64,000 bases of DNA from Hormiphora californensis. Lineage: Eukaryota > Animalia > Ctenophora. This document shows, piece after piece, positions 58,600 to 64,000 of the stretch. Within the stretch, counting starts at the first letter, position 1. Each line of letters opens with the position of its first letter. The DNA lies in NCBI GenBank assembly GCA_020137815.1, contig CM035351.1, positions 8,308,001 through 8,372,000 on the forward strand, in the 5' to 3' direction. The translations under genes and the position numbers were made by a program. A model generated the notes under the pieces. That model was not told the DNA's origin, ran no database searches, and saw nothing but the letters and a program-made list of their open reading frames with translations.

Positions 58600-60295
58600 A
58601 CCCTACTCCCATTCCTCCATCTCTCACCCATCCTTTACCCCTTTACTCCCATTCTTCACTACTCCCCATTACTCATCTCTCAGCTTCCCTACCTCCCATT
58701 TACTCCATCTCTCAGCTACCCTACCTCCCATTTACTCCATCTCTCAGCTTCCCTACCTCCCATTTACTCCATCTCTCAGCTTACCCTACCTCCCATTTAC
58801 TCCATCTCTCAGCTTCCCTACCTCCCATTTACTCCATCTCTCAGCTTCCCTACCTCCCATTTACTCCATCTCTCAGCTTACCCTACCTCCCATTTACTCC
58901 ATCTCTCAGCTACCCTACCTCCCATTTACTCCATTTCTCAGCTTACCTACCTCCCATTTACTCCATCTCTCAGCTTCCCTACCTCCCATTTACTCCATCT
59001 TTCAGCTTCCCTACCTCCCATTCACTCCATCTCTCAGCTACCCTACCTCCCATTTACTCCATCTCTCAGCTATCCTACCTCCCATTTACTCCATCTTTCA
59101 GCTACCCTACCTCCCATTTACTCCATCTCTCAGCTTCCCTACCTCCCATTTACTCCATCTCTCAGCTACCCTACCTCCCATTTACTCCATCTCTCAGCTT
59201 CCCTACCTCCCATTTACTCCATCTCTCAGCTACCCTACCTCCCATTCACTCCATCTCTCAACTACCCTACCTCCCATTTACTCCATCGCTTACCTTCCCT
59301 ACCTCCCATTTACTCCATCTCTCAGCTTCCCTACCTCCCATTTACTCCATCTCTCAGCTACCCTACCTCCCATTTACTCCATCGCTTACCTTCCCTACCT
59401 CCCATTTACTCCATCTCTCAGCTTCCCTACCTCCCATTTACTCCATCTCTTACCTTCCCTACCTCCCATTTACTCCATCTCTCATTTATCCTAACATTCC
59501 TACCCCTGAGAGATGGAGTAAATGGGAGGTAGGGAAGCTGAGAGATGGAGTAAATGGGAGGTAGGGAAGCTGAGAGATGGAGTAAATGGGGGGTAGGGTA
59601 GTTGAGAGATGGAGTGAATGGGAGGTAGGGTAGCTGAGAGATGGAGTAAATGGGAGGCAAGGATGGAGTAAATGGGAGGTAGGGAAGCTGAGGGATGGAG
59701 TAAATGGGAGGTAGGGAAGCTGAGAAATGGAGTAAATGGGAGGTAGGGAACCTGAGAGATGGAGTGAATGGGAGGTAGGTAAGCTGAGAGATGGAGTAAA
59801 TGGGAGGTAGGGTATCTGAGAGATGGAGTAAATGGCAGGTAGGGAAGCTGAGATATGGAGTAAATGGGAGGTAGGTAAGCTGAGAGATGGAGTAAATGGG
59901 AGGTAGGGAAGCTGAGAGATGGAGTAAATGGGAGGTAGGGTAGCTGAGAGATGGAGTAGATGAGGAGTAGGGTAACGGAGAGATGGACTAGATTAGGGGT
60001 AGGGTAGCTGAAAGATGGAGTTGATGAGGGCTAGGGAAGCATAGAGATGGAAACGATTATGGATAGGGATTCCCTACCCCTAATTGTTTCCATCTCTATG
60101 CTTCCCTAATAGGGAAGCTGAGAGATGGAGTAGATGAGGAGTAGGGTAGCTGAGAGATGAACTAGATAAGGGGTAGGGTAGCTGAAAGATGGAGTAGATG
60201 AGGGGTAGGGTAGCTGAAAGATGGAGTAGATGAGGGGTAGGGTAGCTGAGAGATCGAGTTGATGAGGGGTAGGATAGCTGAGAGATGGAATAGAT
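58600..60295. repeat. 31-bp satellite with an orientation switch at about 59490-59508
   Basis: Unit ctcccatttactccatctctcagcttcccta-c to about 59485, then its reverse complement gagatggagtaaatgggaggtagggaagctg. Confidence 0.9.
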
Positions 60296-60844
60296 CAAGA
60301 TCAAGAAATATTTGATTCGGCACCGACCCTCTCTCTACTCCTCGATGTTTCCCGCCATGTTCTGCAGCTGCTGTGTGAGAGTTGAACGCGAGCGCGTCAA
60401 TAACATGACACGACATGCAACACGACATGCGAGATGCGAATTTCATTATTTTGAAGTTTTGTGGGGTTGCGATTTTTGTTTTAGGTCGGAGAGTGAAACG
60501 GCCGGTACAGTGGTAAATTAGATTAAAAACTGTACGCCTCATTAGACGGCGATTTTTCCTATCTTGTCTGGTTCCTGAGATATGGCCCCCTAAAGAGTTG
60601 GTGTCTCAAACTGCTGAATCGGGGTCACGCGAGGAAAATGGGCATCAGTTTGCGTGTATTGCTCCGTTTTTCACGGGACTTGAACGAGGGTGACGGCAAG
60701 AGTCTCACCTATTACATGGTATCCTTACATTGTGTATTAAATCTAAAATGACTGAGCAGCATGCTTGTTAATGAACCTTGACGTGTTTGCTTGTCTCGCA
60801 AGCGCGCTCGCGACTAGCAAACACGACATGCAGTTCACACCCTG
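60296..60844 (-). mobile_element. hAT-like transposon end (inverted arm)
   Basis: Reverse complement of 56803-57330; ends ...cacaccctg. Confidence 0.7.
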
Positions 60845-61700
60845 GTTACATTCACTAAACCAAGAGTCTGGGGCATCATCTTGGCTGACAGCAAGACCCA
60901 TCGAAGCACATGGACATCACCTGACCAAACAAGAGTTTGTCGATGCGATGCACCTTCGATTTGGAAATTGGATTACCGTTTCTTGATCTCCCCGCCAAAT
61001 GCCCATGTGGGTCCAGTAACAGTGCCGATCACGCATTGTCCTGTCACAAAGGTGGTTACACAATCTACAGACACGACCGCCTGAGAGACAACTTTGCTGA
61101 TATCTTATCCTACCAGGTGTCAGGTCTATAGAAACTGAAAAACTCTTACAACCATGTGAGGATTACGACCAAGAAATGCAGCAGTATCCTTGGGCAAATA
61201 CAGATAGAGACGCCCGTATGGACATCGTTTGCATGGGATTGTGGGCTCCGGACCAGATGTCCTACATGGATGTCAGAGTCTGTCACCCGATGGCAGCTTC
61301 ATATCTCAACATCAAGCCATCATCTCTGTACAAAAATCACGAAAAGTCCAAGAAGACGTGTTACATGAGACGAGTACAGATTGTTGAGGGCGGGACCTTC
61401 TCGCCACTGGTGTTTACCACAACAGGTGGCGTTGGCTCAGAAATGGACAGAGCGATGAAGAAGACAGCCAGACACATCGAGGACAAGCACGGAGAAATGT
61501 ACAGCGAAGCGTTGGCGGCTATCAGAAGGAGACTGAGATTCTGCCTACTAATCGCAACCTTGAGATCACTAAGAGGATGCCGTGTAAAATGCACCCCAAC
61601 GGGATTAGGAAATATAGACTTCAACATCTAAATAGTGTGTGAGATTTTATTTGTAATATTTATTGTTTATTTGAGTGAGTGATTTTAAGATTTATTTATT
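60845..61700 (+). mobile_element. 3' end of a CRE-clade non-LTR retrotransposon (restriction-like endonuclease), frameshifted
   Basis: GASSWLTARP...EFVDAMHLR; CPCG...DHALSC.KGG...RHDRLRD; RMDI...GLW...DVRVCHP.A.SY; HEKSK..Y; FSPLVFTTTGG. Stop at 61631, TTTA-rich tail. Confidence 0.8.
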
Positions 61701-62449
61701 ACTAACCCCAACACCGGGGGCAAATGATCGAACCCAATGTGAATGAGACTCATCGCGATTAACTCTTCATACGGTTACCCCCTTTCTCTCTTCGGCAGCT
61801 TCTCTCCGGCTGTTGGAAAGTGATGCCAATCGGTGTTGGGGTTTTTTTCTTTTTTTCTTTTTTTTAAAACTTTTTAAAAATTAAACAAAATTTTAAAATG
61901 CCCCTTTCCGCCGCTTACAAGGGCCGGTTTCAAAAGACAGGCATAAAGATACGATCTTTCCAAACCAATTATGAAGAGGTGTTTCAGTATTCTTGTACCC
62001 TTACTCCTTGTATCCAGGGAGGGGGAGGCTCTGTGAGGAGCTGACACCGGTACAGCATCTGTACATTTACAAGATTACAAGTTCAGAACACCCCTGAGCA
62101 TCTCTAATTAGACAACCATGAGAAATAGCAGCTTCAAAAAAAATGTGTCTTCAATTTCACTTTTCAGAATTTCTCTGCTAACACAATAAGTTTCAGAGCC
62201 ATACTCATTATTTAAAGCCCTCTCAGCCAGCAGAATAACAATGTCATAAAAAGGGCCATTTTTAGCTGTTTTTTCTTCATAACTCTTGACTGACTGGCTG
62301 TGCCCACTTCAAAATGCTCACAGCAACTCCTGAAATGGTACTGGCTGTTACCAAACCGGTTTTAGGGCGGTCCGACTCGACCATCCCTTCTTTGGTCACG
62401 ACCGCGCCCTAACTTGCTTCCTGACTATGATGCGAGCGATCAGATTGTA

Positions 62450-62593
62450 GACGGTCATAGCTCCATCTCCTGATAAAATAGAGTTTCATCAAGACTTGGA
62501 GGTTAGATAGATCTATCGCGTTCTTTCTAAGTCCTAACCTCCAAATTTCAAGTATCTATCTAATATCTTGTCAGGGGGTGGAGTTATGACCGT
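62450..62593. mobile_element. Palindromic MITE-like element
   Basis: acggtcatagctccatctcctga / tcagggggtggagttatgaccgt, with an inner ttggaggttag / ctaacctccaa pair. Confidence 0.55.
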
Positions 62594-62703
62594 GGGAACT
62601 GGGAAATTTTGAAAAACCTAATGAGGTCCATATTAGGTTGGGTTTGCCTTTATATCTTTAGCTCCTCACTCCTGTAAACCCCAAGAAAAACACCACTTAG
62701 AAA

Positions 62704-64000
62704 ATGGAAAGTGACGAAAGTGTAACAAGTATACCAGAGATAGAAGACGAGTCTGTGGGTAGTTCAGTCAGTGAGAGACTACAAGAGGAATACGAGAGTC
62801 TCCTTAAATATGCTCTTGTAACTCCGGCTGGAGTTTTCTCAAATGGGTAAATAACATGATACATATCATTTATTATTTTCTCTTTTCATCAAGCGAAACG
62901 ATGTTGTCATTTTCATATTTCAAAATATGGTGACGTTTCTAGGAAGTCGGTGCAGTTGATGTTTTGTTTCAGTAGTAGCGATAGTACTAGTGTTTCTGAA
63001 AGCTTCTTAATCTCTCGTTAGAAGAAGCTAAATGCTTGTCTAACGATCCAAATGGAGCATTTTCTTTCTCTTTTTTCCGTTTTTACTCTATGTAACAATT
63101 ACTACTACTAGAATGCTCTAATACATACATTAAAATGACATTTTCTCTAGAGAATCTCTGTTGCCGAATCAGACGGAGGAACAGCTAAGACTTTTGCGAA
63201 CTACAAATCCCAGTCCTGTTGCTTTTCTGCCACCACCCCCACCTCTGGACAGTGTAAGTTATAAATTGAAAAGAATGAGATCAGGGCGATGAAATGCGAA
63301 CGAAGGGAAATATATAATGAGAAAAATAAAAGAAGAGATGCAATTAGAATGTCATCTGAATAAAGAGTTGTATCGCTCTCATTTCTATAGGAAGCTCATT
63401 CTCTCTGCTTATATCAGGAGGTTTGTTCAGTGGACGACCTGCCTGTAAAACTGATTCCTACACCTTCTGTTGTTACCCAAACAGGTGCTACAGCCATCGA
63501 ACCACCCTCAGTTTCATCCAAGAGTATGTGCAATATTTCACATTGTTTTTTTTAAAATTTTGCAGTTAAATCGCTGTGTGTATGGATACTGGATAGTTCA
63601 ATTTTGTAGTAAAATAAAGATGTCATGTTTTAGGTACCTCTATGAACACGACCGAAGGTGAAAGACAGAGAGAGGCTGGTGTTCAAAAGAGGGTATTTGG
63701 GGATCCACCCGTGCGACCACACGACCTATCTAGCAACTACACTCTAAATGGTAATGTTCTTTTGTACTCTCTTTATATCTTTCTTTCTCTATCCCTTTCT
63801 TGCTATCTCCCTATCTCCCATCTCTCTCCATCTCTCTCTATAAAATACTCTCTATATGTGCATGTTATGTGTTATACAATCACACATACAACAACTACAC
63901 GTTAGATTGCTATATTATAATTGCCCCCCCCCCTCCACAGAACTAGATGCAAGTCTAGAGGATACACCTCAGTTTCAAGACCCTATCACCGAGAATTGTG
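62704..64000 (+). CDS. POC5: Centrosomal protein POC5, 5' part; runs off the window
   Basis: Exon 1 (62704-62846) MESDESVTSIPEIEDESVGSSVSERLQEEYESLLKYALVTP matches the POC5 N-terminal GSSVS..LQEEYE.LL.YA.VTP motif. Further GT-AG exons at about 63151, 63391, 63633 and 63941. Confidence 0.8.

Noticed and set aside
58449-59564. 330-370 aa repetitive ORFs
   Set aside because: Satellite translations that span an N gap.

Overview
Gene-dense animal genomic DNA with short GT-AG introns from a draft assembly: one N gap at 58500-58599, several garbled read-like stretches and homopolymer frameshifts. I infer a ctenophore (Pleurobrachia-like) from recalled lineage-typical repeats and a secreted domain; this is not verified. 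Host genes: TBC1D10-like Rab-GAP (-), UBR3 (+), PRPF18 (+), OXNAD1 (+), then six tightly packed minus-strand genes (SNX17, mitochondrial release factor, F-box/PP2-like lectin, GPN3, TENT2/GLD-2, DPP8/9), a SAM methyltransferase (+) with a degraded tandem duplicate, and the 5' part of POC5 (+). Two secreted-protein genes sit antisense inside introns: a two-repeat orphan in UBR3 and a vWA protein in DPP8/9. Mobile DNA: a LINE at 4.25-11.2 kb, split by a head-to-tail Helitron pair and by a non-autonomous LTR element whose right end is an inverted internal segment; several MITEs/foldbacks; hAT-like arms around a 31-bp satellite; and a CRE-clade retrotransposon 3' end. Most notable: a candidate trans-spliced operon, the LTR element with two PPT-primed ends, the Helitron tandem, an animal F-box-PP2 protein and a release factor with an altered PxT loop.
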